Shown here: positions 48,841 through 60,900 of the stretch, one piece after another
How positions within the stretch are numbered: the first letter of the stretch is position 1
Layout of the letters: each line of letters starts with the position of its first letter
Assembly (NCBI GenBank): GCA_040954595.2
Contig: CM082578.2
Span: 4,012,831 to 4,076,830, forward strand
Origin: Balanoglossus misakiensis
Taxonomy: Eukaryota; Animalia; Hemichordata
Reading direction: 5' to 3'
DNA length: 64,000 nucleotides
The notes under the pieces: generated by a model
The model's input: the letters and a program-made list of their open reading frames with translations, nothing else
Told to the model about the DNA's origin: nothing
Databases searched by the model: none
Position numbers and translations under genes: made by a program

Positions 48841-50764
48841 TTAAGCTTGAATTTCCGGTATTTTTTACGGTGGGTTATTTTGTATACTAGTATCTACTAC
48901 AGTTTCTTGTTCTACTCTGTGAAGCATAATAAAATGCCCAGTATTTGGCCTGCCAGCACAGACCATAAATGTACAGTGAACAGTCAGTGTTGTTACTGTT
49001 GACGAGCTCAATTCAAGTCCAGACTAGAATTCGTTAATTTTCTCATCAATCATTCATATATGTATATAAAAAGTTAATTTGCTTTTGGGTTCATTAAAAT
49101 GCAGCTTTGAGCTCTGTATTTTATAACATTTTCTTACGTCGGAGGGGGACACCCCCTCCCAAACCACCCCCTTCACTTCTCGGTTTACAATATCTGCCAA
49201 CACAGAATACAAATACTTAAAAATATAAACAATGTTCAGTTTTAATATACACGGATGAGGAAAAACATCAGTTTCAAATTCTTTTCATGGGAGCGCTGTT
49301 TTTCTTTTTTTACAAGATAGATAGGTGATGTGTTTTGCTGTGTGAAAGAAAATGGGGGGTGGGATTTCAAAATTTTAAGCCGTTCGGAAGGGGGTACTTG
49401 AAAATATTTCGGGTTGTGCACGGGGGGCATGTGAAAATTAACGGTAAAAAAATTTAATTCTCCCGCCCCCCCCCCCCCCCCCACTCCAGAGGTGTTTGTA
49501 AATGCAGCCTTATCAGACTGTTTGTGTCGTAGTCTGTAAGCATGCATGTATATATTGGGGGAAGGGGGGGTTCATGGAAAAAAAAACAGGAAATTTAAGG
49601 GGGGCCACAGATTTCCCCCACAATTTACAAGGGGGCCATGGAAAAAAATCACCAGGAAAATAAGAAATCCTCCAGCCCCACCCTGGAAGTAAATTCTGGA
49701 CAGTCCCTAAATATTGATTTTGAGTCCACAAAAATGCAGTTTTAAACCCTTCATATTTTTTTTTCTTTTGTGCGAGGGGGACACCCCCTCCCACACCCAA
49801 CCACGTCATTCTTCAACACCTTCCAATCATTGACTGGTTTATCTAGTGTCCCCGGTCAGGGGATTTACCCCCCCCCCCATGCTAACTTTGAGCGGCGAAG
49901 GTTAAATTTGTCCTCCCCAACATACCAGTAGTTGAGTTAATTTGCTTTTGGGTTCATTAAAATGCAGCTTTGAGCTCTTTATTTAAAACATTTTCTTACG
50001 TGGCAGGGGGACACCCCCTCCCAAACCCACCCCCTTCACATCTCGGTTTAAATGTCTGCCAACACAGAATACAAATACTTAAAAAATATAAACAATGTTC
50101 AGTTTTAATACCCACTGATAAGGGAAAACATCAGGTTCAAATTCTTTTCATGGATAGATAGGTGATGTGTTCTGCTGTGTGAAAGAAAATGGGGGGATTT
50201 CACAATTTTAGCAGTTCGAAAGGGGGGTGAAAATATTTCGGGTTGTATACGGGGGGCATGTGAAAATTAACGGTAAAAATGAATTCTCACCCCCCCTCCA
50301 GAGGTGTTTGTGAATGTAATCATTCTCTGACAATTTTACTGCGGCTTGTTGCCACGTCTTATACATTTCATTGGCCGGTGGAATATACATGTAGAGGTTC
50401 AGTCGTCACGCTGAACTGGCTCGAAACCGTTCCCCACGCTGACTCTCGCGCCTGGGATACGTCTGTGGTAGCTCCATGGTAACAACCGCAAGGGGCCAGG
50501 TCATGTGATAACTGGATACATATCGTACGCTATAAGGCGCCTTTTGATTGGTTTACTGGCCCAGTAAATCCCGAAGATTTCAACGGGAGCTCCAGTGAGA
50601 GTTGGTCAGATGTAGTGTAGGCGACAGCATAAAAAAACATGTCGCCGTTGCCTACATCTGATTTTAATCAGATTGGCAATTGATGTACTGTTTAATTAAA
50701 GGAATGTTTCAATGAACACGGTACATGTACGTCTTTGCTTCGTATTTTAATGAACATTTTGAAG

Positions 50765-50816
50765 GTGTCACCAAAATCCGACATCAATTCTACCCTGTAT
50801 TTGTGTAATCACCTGA
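50765..50816 (+). pseudogene. Orphan C-type lectin terminal exon (paralog of 43880-43931)
   Basis: tttgaag|g CHQNPTSILPCICVIT*; downstream ~1 kb aligns by eye with 43930-45000. Confidence 0.5.
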
Positions 50817-52079
50817 CTGCTTTCAAGGCAATAGTGGGAATCGTCACATCTGGTGGATGATGCCACGTTTAGCACAGGGGCGTCCAATTTGGTTGTAGAG
50901 GTAACAACACGAAACGCATGCTGCAGAAGTTATGGGTTATTGTTCAAGATTTATTTCGGTATTTTAGATGTCTTTTCAAAATACGTATCATTGAACGTAA
51001 CTGCATGCTTTTTGTCCTAATTTGTAGCAAGTAGATATGTTTTGCACATGGATCTTTATTGGTCCAGAGTGGAGTACAAATCTTGTCGTCCATGGCTAGT
51101 CAGTCCTTTTTAAAATAAAGCCATCTAAAGAAATCTAGACTCTACACGTGTCCCGTCTCTCCTACATCCCAACCGCCACCCTGACCAGAAAGACTCTACG
51201 AATGTATCCCACCATTAAAGGAAGACACGATAAGACTATGAAATATTTTCCTTGATGACGTAAGTTACAAAGCTTTTAAAAATGTTGCATTCTCTACAAT
51301 AGTGACAGTCGATCAATTTTTAAATGTAGATATCTGGGAAAACTTGTGTGAAGAAGGCGTTAAAGGCAAGATATTAAACATATATCGAACGTGCATTCCA
51401 GAAAACAAATATGTTTCGAGACAATATGCTGAATTTTCCTTTAGTGGGTCCAGCAAATGTTTTCTACAAAATGTCCGCTGGTTATGACTCGAACACATTG
51501 ATGATTAATACTACTTTTGTTTTATGTATCCATTTACCGGAAACAACAATTTAATATTCATTCATTTCTTTTCGTTTCATGACAATGAGAAATACATTAA
51601 TAGTAAAGTCACGCATTTCTTACTATAACTGGCGAATACTTAATGAAATAGGGGGAAAATTCATCGAGAGATACAAAGCCCGAATCATCAAATTAAACAT
51701 TAAGCATTTTGAATGCAACTTCGTTACACGTGGATAAATGTATTTATCATGAGTATGCCTTCGTCTAAGTTGCATGTATAATGGCATATTGAAAGTATGC
51801 ACACGGCAGGACTATATACAGGTGGTCAAATATGCTGTAAAGTGAACATGTATGATTTTAACTTTTTGCTGACGTATCAAGAATGCTTTAACTGTTAGCC
51901 TCGCGGTCACGTGGGCAGCTAAACCCCAAATTTTGGCATAATTGTGCACTTTGGGTTAAAAGAATGAAACTTGGTACAGTTATGCATGGACCTTTCAATA
52001 CGAGTAGCCCTTTTCAAGAGGTCAGTGGTGATCTCCTTACATTGGATAGCAAGGGCACTCAGACAACATATCTTCAACG

Positions 52080-52558
52080 GCTGGCAGCGGTAAAACGGGC
52101 CCCTGAACTAGCATGCAGCAGGGAAAATGTGCGGTTAAACCACTGTCGTGTGAGGTTAAACAAACTAAATAAAATAAAAATACTAATTGAATTTACGGAC
52201 GTTGTATTTTGGAACTGCTCTGGGGGAATATTTGGCATTTTGCATGCGCGCTGCCTGTCTTGTCACTTTTTGTCGTCTGCTTCATGTTTAATGCTCGATC
52301 CCGGCCACTCGTGTTTACATTCATGGTCGCCATGTTGGTTCACGATCGCAATTTCTCTTTCTGACGCTGTTTCGTTAAGAAAATGACACTGATATGCCAC
52401 AAAACCAAAATAGCAATAACCCCCGCCTCAGTCCGGTGTACATTCGATTTTGGTACAATTCGCTGCATTCAGCACTTGGCTAACGGCTCGTGCTATATGT
52501 GTCGAATTGTACCAAAATCTCGTGTATACGCGCCTGCGGTGGTTTTTTTTTTGCTTAA
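52080..52558 (+). mobile_element. 5'-truncated hairpin-ended Crypton-like element
   Basis: Shares 52080-52321 with 28700-28922; ends in hairpin agcaataacccccgc..gattttggtacaattcg..cgaattgtaccaaaatc..ttgcttaa. Confidence 0.65.
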
Positions 52559-53467
52559 TACACCGGTGTTGTTAATTCACTTTTGTTAACACCATTTGTT
52601 TGCTGTCTCCCACATAGATAATAGTTAGTCCAGTCGCCCCCGTAAATAATGGTACAGCCCTATACGAAGAATGTAATATGAGACTTCACATGCGCCTAAC
52701 AGTCGGATCCCGGACTCAGATTTATCCTGAATGCCACAGTGAACATCCCAAAAAGTGAATCATTGGTGGCCAAATCGATTTGGTTTGTGGATGCAAGCGG
52801 CGTACACCAAGATGCAACACAGGACTATATGTTATGCTCAGTTGCACAATGCTTACTTCTCAAACGACGATGAAATTAAATCGTTGATGAAGTGCGCACG
52901 GACCAACAAATCCTCGCTTCGCGCGGGAACTAAAAAATTACAGACAAGAAATGATCGCAGTGTAACAATGACAAACAAACAAAGAATGCAACATTTCAAC
53001 ATGCAGATAATTTAATCTGTCAAGTTCATCTTGTCAACCCCTCCTTATGTTTGTGACTTTTGAAGAATGCGTGCCAGTATGTCTTACATGGCAATGCACA
53101 CCTAACACTTGTCGGGCACCCTTTATTATCTTCGCAATACAGAAGACTGTTTTGTAACTTACTTTTAATTTAAGAATTTTAATTGTTCCAGCATGCACTC
53201 TAGTAAATTGTTCGTTAAGTCCTTCGGCAGGAGACTTGCGTACATGGACAAAAGACTTTCTCCTTGTTGTCTCCAAGAAAGTGTAGGGGTTGGGGCAATT
53301 GACGCCGCAATGTTACGGTTGTCAACGATTGATCCAAACAACCCCGGGAGGTAACTGCTAACACATAAATAAAGGAACACGACGTAGCATCTCCATTTGG
53401 CTCCTGATCTCTCTCTGCAGTGGTTACAATTCTTTGTAAAACACGCATTATTTGTCAAGTAGTTCTT

Positions 53468-53475
53468 GTATAAAA
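53468..53475 (+). promoter_or_regulatory. Candidate TATA box of the C-type lectin gene
   Basis: gTATAAAA about 35 bp upstream of accATGg at 53506. Confidence 0.4.
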
Positions 53476-53505
53476 TGATCGCAGATTAGCCGTAAACTCG
53501 CAACC

Positions 53506-53998
53506 ATGGCTTGCCGGAGAAGCTGTAAAATGTTACGAGATTGTCGTGAAATACCTTTGAAGTTAACGCTCGTCGCTTCATTCGTAATGTTTTCCATGGC
53601 ATTACTGCAGCAAGCAGGTAAGACACCAATTTTTGGTTTAGCACGTTCAGAAAGTTTGAAGTTCCTCAAAACATAAATGTTATCATTATTTCATGTATGA
53701 TTGTAATTAAAATAACGATTTGATATCCAGATTGCAAGAGCGTTTACGGGTGGATGAATAACGATAGAGCTTACACATTTTGTGAGCGATTGGGTCTTCG
53801 CCTTGTTAAAGATGACAGCGAAAGAAAACACGCAGCTATACAAAAGACTTTAAGAGAACGAGGCGTATTAGGCTTGTGGTTCTGGATAGATGGACAAACT
53901 AACAAAAATCGAACCGTAGTCACGACAAGAGACGGGGAAATTTTAACCTACAAGCCAAATGTTTACAAGAGATTGGGAGGACAGTGCGTCTCAATGAG
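53506..53998 (+). CDS. C-type lectin-domain gene, exons 1-2 (53506-53617, 53731-53998); later exons not identified
   Basis: Exon 1 encodes a hydrophobic signal/anchor (LTLVASFVMFSMALL); gcag|gtaaga and ccag| splice in frame; AYTFCERLGLRLV, FWIDG, QCVSM; donor ag|gtgagt. Confidence 0.7.
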
Positions 53999-54675
53999 GT
54001 GAGTTGAGCCTTTTGACGATATAATTAAATATGAAAAATGATGTTTTTGTGGTCATTTTAATACAGCTTAACTTAAATCAATCACAGGGAATCGTGTGCA
54101 GAGGCATGAGATCTTTGAAATTTATCAGTATTGACAGAATTGATATACATTTGAATAATATCCAGATGTTACAATTGGCAATGTCTTTAGAAGAACATTA
54201 TTGACAATTGCACACCCATATACCTCGATTTTATGAGAAATTTAAAAATGCAACTTTGAGATATGTCCAGTTTCATCTCATCGTTACCTTTGAACACCAA
54301 ACTTTCTCTGAAAAACGTGGTACAACATTTTACCTCATTTGTCTATTTTTTCAAAATTTTCGATCAGGTTCACCTAATTCTCAATTATCCGTGGGTCTTA
54401 ATCAAATTATGGGGAAAATGTAGAAAACGTTTCTATAGAAATGTACGGGTTGACAGGCGTTAAGGGGTGAAACTTATATATACTTTCATAACTTTTTAAT
54501 TCACAGACATAATTGGCTATATAATAAATGTTGGAAAAGGATTTTAGCTTTATGTGAAAATGCAAGTAAGTTATACTTGAATGAAGTTGGTTTAATGTTT
54601 TTATTTTGCATTCTATAACATTTTTTTTTCTGTTTACTCACGTGATTCAGTATCACGGGAGTGATACCGTCGCCT

Positions 54676-54717
54676 TTTAGCTCGCGTGTGACAGGTGAGC
54701 TAATGTCGCCACCTTTT

Positions 54718-54749
<32 letters not shown>

Positions 54750-55385
54750 TTGTTTGTGTGTGTGTGTCTGTCTGTCTGTGTGCACGATATCTCAAATACG
54801 GCTTCGATCAGCTTTGGTACACGTGTTCTATATGCAAATGACAAGAAAAGATTAGTTTTTTTTGTGTGTGACTTGCGAATTAATCGAGTTATGAAAAAAA
54901 TAGAACAAAAATGATGACTTGACGAGGGTGCTATAACTTATTGAATAGGCGGTCGAGACAAACGTAACGCGCACGCGGAAGCATTGACGCACGTGCACAA
55001 ACAGGGATTTGCCTAATGTTCGAGTGGTACACGATTACATCTGACCATGATTGAGAGAAAACAGAACCAAAGGAGGTAAAGAAGTTTGATGTATTGTTAT
55101 TTCGGGCAGCTTACAGTAACAGCCAAGATGGCGGCTGCAATCCGGACAGTGACTTGGCAATATCGCCACCGATATCGCTGAACTCTGTTTTGGTAGGCCT
55201 AATTCAATCAGAACTCAGCTAGGCATTTGAACCCATGCATTGGATACATTTATCTCGCAACTCTTATCAGATCACGGAATTGTTACATCTCCGCTGGGAC
55301 TTCAAGCAGATGGTGCCTTCCAAGTTTGAACTCGGCGCGTGACACATGTGATTGTCCAACGAGTTAGGTCACGTCCCTGACCCTG
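54676..55385 (+). mobile_element. Helentron/pearl-like non-autonomous element
   Basis: ttttagctcgc..gtgagcta followed by (gtct)n/(gttt)n/(gt)n and gtgcacgatatctc; matching subterminal cgagtta plus short 3' hairpin ggtcacgtccctgacc. Confidence 0.5.
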
Positions 55386-55971
55386 ACGTTTGTCAAAGTC
55401 GTTGACGGTTGTGCTGTGAAAAGGACACCGATTTCAAATTTCATGCCGCGGTTTAACGCAGCAGACGTGCGCTCAAAACAACTGGATAGTTACAGCGCAC
55501 TGATCTGTGAAAATATAATGTCGGTTCAAAGTACGGATTCACGGTTTATGTCCACAACATAGAATCGGGCGATCGGAAGAAACCCCCGGCCAACGGTGCA
55601 CCGAACAACACCGTTCCCACAGCTGAAGTGGATCCCACGATGCAATGTCTGTCCACACCACAAAGGCCACGCAAAATACCTTTCATACATGTGACATTTT
55701 AAAATGCGTCTTATTGAAAACAGGGTTTACTGTCTTACCTGGCCAGCAATCAACAATTTTATGATAGGGACAGTGTTGCAAGGAATTTTTCAGAGCTACT
55801 ATTCACAGTAGTTTTTGTTCTTTAAGTGGAAAAACTGTATTGGTTTATTATCGGTGTGTGGTTTTTGTCCTCGTTTTCCTGGAATACTAACAGTGAAGTG
55901 CATGTGCTAGATCAAAATAGAGTTTTTTATTCGTTTTCGGGAAAGGAATGGCGTTGTTTTCTATTCTGCAG

Positions 55972-56251
55972 CAACGTTCGACTTAACATCCACACTGAAT
56001 GGTATGGTGGCTACATACCAGCTATGTGAGAAGCTTGGGATGCGTCTTCTAACTGACACCACTAAATGGAAAACTGACCAGTACTGTGTGCCCTTTAGAG
56101 CAGCTGCAGATACAACGTGGTATATAAAAATATGGATTGATGCCACCATCACGGCAGATGGCACTGTGAAGACAAGCAGCGGTTTGATATTGGAACACAT
56201 GCGTTTTGCTCCCAACCAAAATCTTGACGTCGGATCGTGTATTTACGTAAT
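55972..56251 (+). CDS. C-type lectin-domain exon of a second paralog
   Basis: ttctgcag| and |gtgagt, same 1/2 phases as 53731-53998; YQLCEKLGMRLL, IWIDA, SCIYV. Confidence 0.65.
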
Positions 56252-57981
56252 GTGAGTTGCTGTCTCTTCAAGCTATTTTCCACAGTGCCAGACAGTAGAT
56301 ATTTTTTGTCATTGCTTTCATGATGTTACCTGTTATAGAGTTTGAACTTTTGAGATTACATAGGAGATGATGGCAATTGAATAATTTGAATATGTGTGTA
56401 ATTAGAATATGTGTGGGGGGAGTTAGTAGGTAGGCAGTGGACTCCCTCGCGTATGGTTCTTTGAAACCCCATTGGAACAGACAACAAATTGGTGTCGTAT
56501 AAACCAAAAGATTCGGTGTATTGTGTCGAAACGTTTAACGGAGAACAGAACGACACGTGCAAGGACGCTTACACATGTAAAGTCTCAAGTTGTCAACTAC
56601 AAGCCTATTCGAAAAACTAACGTGGTTACTTCTACCCCCCCCCCCCAAAAAAGTAGCAATTTTGCGGGAAAAACATTCAGCGGTGATTGGGCGCTACTGC
56701 AGCATCTCTGGCAGGGCGTCTACGGGTAGAATCTTCTGCCTTTCGGTTTGTGAAGCGCGGCGTTGTTGTGTCCACGGGTATACTTCAACGTCCGTACTGG
56801 ATTACAATCCGTCATCCATCGGACTATGATTCGCGATAGAGAGTTCCTTAGAGACGACTTGCAATGGATACAGCTTGTGTATGGGTATGTTTGTTGGACC
56901 ATTAACATGTCTAGTTTGGCGGAACGTGCAAGTTTATCGTTCCCGTAAATAAGCTTGCGTACCGTTCCCAAATGCCATTTCAAGCATTTGTCGGTGTAAC
57001 TATGGATAATTACAACGTCCCCGACTTTGACAACATTGACCCCCCCCCCCCCATTGTCTATATTTCCGGTTGCTCCGTGTCTCTCACGGACCGCAGTCAA
57101 ATACTCAGGCGACCATCTTCGCCAAAACTGTTCGTGCAGTCTGGACAAGTGTTCATATCTCTTGTTGACTTGGTGATGGTCAGAGTACGTTGGATCAAGT
57201 GTCTCTTCTTCAGTGACCACTACGTAGGGTAGCAAGGTCAACATTCTGCAGTGAAGCAGGTGATTTGGGGTCAGCGCTAGCCGAAACATACATTTGTAAG
57301 TTAGCGGTCGGTAATTCAAGACTGTTTCAATTTCAGTCACGACATTGGCGAGTCCATCGAATGACATCGGCGCACGAACAAGCGTTTTCTTTATCGCGTT
57401 TTTGTCAGACCAATTAGCCTCTCCCAGAAGCCGCCGAACCAGGGAGCTCGCTTTGGTATAAACATCTAAACATCCACTGTACTCGATGTGCGGCGAGAAA
57501 GTCATTGACTTCGGGAGGTCGAGCAATTCTTTGATTTCCTCGGCTGGAGACAAATAGGTTGAGGCGTTATCAGATAACATGCGACTCGGCAAAGAGAGCA
57601 TCTTCTGAACGCGTGCATAAAAAGTCTTTGTTGACATGTCTGGCACCAGCTCAAGGTTAACGGCACGCGTCACTGCGCACGTAAACAAACAGATATATGC
57701 TTTGGCTCGCGTTCCATCTTTCGATTTGGTATACAGATTTCCAGTGAAGTCTAAGTCCGTTACTGAAAACGGACGAGCTATATTCACACGGTCGCTCGGC
57801 AACGGAGCTTCTACGGGTTTTGTGTAAGGTTTCCCGGTAACCTTGTCGCATACCACACGTTTACGTAAATATTGCGTACGATGATGCGTATTTTGGGGAT
57901 CCAACATGTTTGTCTAATTCGTGTCACTGTAGATTGGACTCCCTCGTGTAACATCAATTTGTGCGCCTTCCATACGATTAA

Positions 57982-60900
57982 AGCGGGTAGATCGTCTTAT
58001 TTTATCCTTTGTTGATAAACATTATTTTTACCCACAATGCACCTGTTTCCATGTGTGCAAGCAAGATTCAAGATGGATGCGGCTTAGTTGCTGTGGGTCA
58101 CGCGCAACACACCATGGGGGTTCCAACGTCAGTAACCGTTCATTTGACTTCCGGCTCGCCTCGAGTACACACGTTAGCAGTGTCTGGACGATCACTTTCT
58201 TTGGACCTTTTACGTAGGATATTTTCGGTTTTTGTGACACCGGACATTTAGTTGTGCACAGATTGGTACCAAGTTCGTTCTCTGTGATATTTTCGGCTCG
58301 CTTGACGTTTTTAACCGTCTATTCGGATCGATGTACTGGCCGCGGGGCTATGCGCATACACTGACGGGGCGCGCGTAGCTGCATGATGGCCGCCGAGCGT
58401 GAAAAGCTTTACCGTAGGCCAACATACCGTTGTAGCTTTTCGATTCGTTCTATTACAGCTCAGTTTTCTTCTCAAATATGTACAGTATTTTTTAAAGATC
58501 TCACACCAAACCGCAAATAAACGAAAACCAGAAGACTTTTTTTATTTTACGCACAATTACAAGAAACCTACATACATGTTTGTAAATATGTGCTGGTTAG
58601 TTACGCAAGTCAAATGGCGCACGGTCTTAACTACCACATAAAAAATCCTATGTAAGTGCTTTAAAGAAAATTTTATTGCCACTGGAATGGTACCGATTGC
58701 GCACGCGTGACACTGCTAGGTCGACCATGTTTTGCTCATGAAGAGCGGGTTAAACCGGAAGTGACGTCGTGACCCACACCACCTTGATGCGGCTGAATGT
58801 TTTTTCTCGCTAAAAATTCGAAAGGGGTCGTTGTACAAGTTTTGAGCTGTTTTGGGGTGCTTATATGTGCCGTATGATTGAGGTGTTCTCGGTAACGGCG
58901 ATTTGTCCATGGGTTTTGTTTTGAAGTTGGAAATTCTAGTCGAAACTACTGCGCAACAGATCGGTTGGGGCGGCACTGGCCATAAGACACAGCTTGCCAC
59001 AAATAGCATGGTTTCCACAATCAGCTTGTGCTTTTTGATCATTCACACTAAGTTCATCTTGAACCCAAATGATTCTTTTAGTGACAAACCGCCCACTATT
59101 CAACAATTGTGTATTTCTGACAGTGCACGCGCCTGTTTATGCGGCACAATTTTACGATGATATGTACACGTATTCCCCTGTAGTACTAGTATGTAGCGAA
59201 TAAGCCCTGCTTTGCCGGGAGCACGCAGACCTATATCAGGGCTAGTACTACCGTAACGAGATTAAATTGCTCAACGTCCCACACCAAAGACGACCCCGTA
59301 ACATTGCCGACCTCACTACGAACTGAAAGCACCCCTTGGAATAAATCTAGCTCAGTTCTTTAACGACATTTAATCTTCAAACAAATTTGTTTTAGCTGGC
59401 GCAGAGACGCCAAAACGTGTGTAAATCATCGCTGCGCGGAGCTGCCTAAGTGACATCGACTGTGTCCTGACCGCGGCTGCGCCCGAGCATGCTTAGCAAT
59501 TATCGCTGCAAATCTCAGCCAATTCGTGCAGTTTTCCTCTCGGTCGGTTATCATTTCTTTCGGGCAGAATATACTGGTAGTTTGTACAGCGTCATAAAAT
59601 ATACGTCAAACGCAGTCTGCCTCCACGAGAGCGAGGATGATTACTGTACGAGGCAGTGTTACCTATATCTTCCGGGTCCAGCTTACAAGCAGCCCGGTGT
59701 TCTGTGCGCGATCTACACTGCCTGGGAATACCTTTTCTCGTACGCTAAGCGAAAGAACCATCTTCAGTTTTCCTCTCAGTCGATTATAAATTCTTTCCGA
59801 TCGAACACAGAATATACTGACATTTTGTAAAGCTTCATAAAATGTACGTCAATCGCAATCTGCCTCCACGAGAGCAAGGATGATTACTGTACACGGCAGT
59901 GGTACTTCTATCTTCCGGGCCCAGCTTACAAGCAGCCCGGTGTTCTGTGCGCGATCTACACTGCCTGGGAATACCTTTTCTCGTACGCTAAGCGAAAGAA
60001 CCATCTTCGGTTTTCCTCTCAGTCGATTATAAATTCTTTCCGATCGAACACAGAATATACTGACATTTTGTAAAGCTTCATAAAATGTACGTCAATCGCA
60101 ATCTGCCTCCACGAGAGCAAGGATGATTACTGTACACGGCAGTGGTACTTCTATCTTCCGGGCCCAGCTTACAAGCTGCCCGGTGTTCTGCGCGCGAACT
60201 ACACTACCTGGGAATACCTTTTCTCGTACGCTAAGCGAAAGAACCATCTTCAGTTTTCCTCTCAGTCGATTATAAATTCTTTCCGATCGAACACAGAATA
60301 TACTGACATTTTGTAAAGCTTCATAAAATGTACGTCAATCGCAATCTGCCTCCACGAGAGCAAGGATGATTACTGTACACGGCAGTGGTACTTCTATCTT
60401 CCGGGCCCAGCTTACAAGCAGCCCGGTGTTCTGTGCGCGATCTACACTGCCTGGGAATACCTTTTCTCGTACGCTAAGCGAAAGAACCATCTTCGGTTTT
60501 CCTCTCAGTCGATTATAAATTCTTTCCGATCGAACACAGAATATACTGACATTTTGTAAAGCTTCATAAAATGTACGACGTCAATCGAGGTCTGCCTCCA
60601 CGAGAGCAAGGATGATTACTGTACACGGCAGTGGTACTTCTATCTTCCGGGCCCAGCTTACAAGCTGCCCGGTGTTCTGTGCGCGATCTACACTGCCTGG
60701 GAATACCTTTTCTCGTACGCTAAGCGAAAGAACCATCTTCAGTTTTCCTCTCAGTCGATTATAATGTCTTTCCGTCCGAACACAGAATATACTGACATTT
60801 TGTAAAGCTTCATAAAATGTACGTCAATCGCAGTCTGCCTCCATGAGAGCTAGGATGATTACTGTACACGGCAGTGGTACTTCTATCTTCCGGGCCCAGC

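Larger units (their letters stand above)
47301..49509. mobile_element. Harbinger-type MITE X (alternative degraded right end at ~50320)
   Basis: TTA|ggctgcattcacaaacacctctgg...ccagaggtgtttgtaaatgcagcc|TTA. Confidence 0.65.
47420..49707. mobile_element. Harbinger-type MITE Y
   Basis: TAA|gggactgtccagaatttacttccaggg...ccctggaagtaaattctggacagtccc|TAA. Confidence 0.85.
46008..50675. mobile_element. 4.7-kb non-autonomous element with ~100-bp TIRs, hosting nested MITEs
   Basis: caatctgattaaaatcagatgtagg..ctcccgttgaaatc (46008-46107) is inverted at ~50577-50675; flanks gcaattgtt / gcaattgat (8/9 match). Confidence 0.75.
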
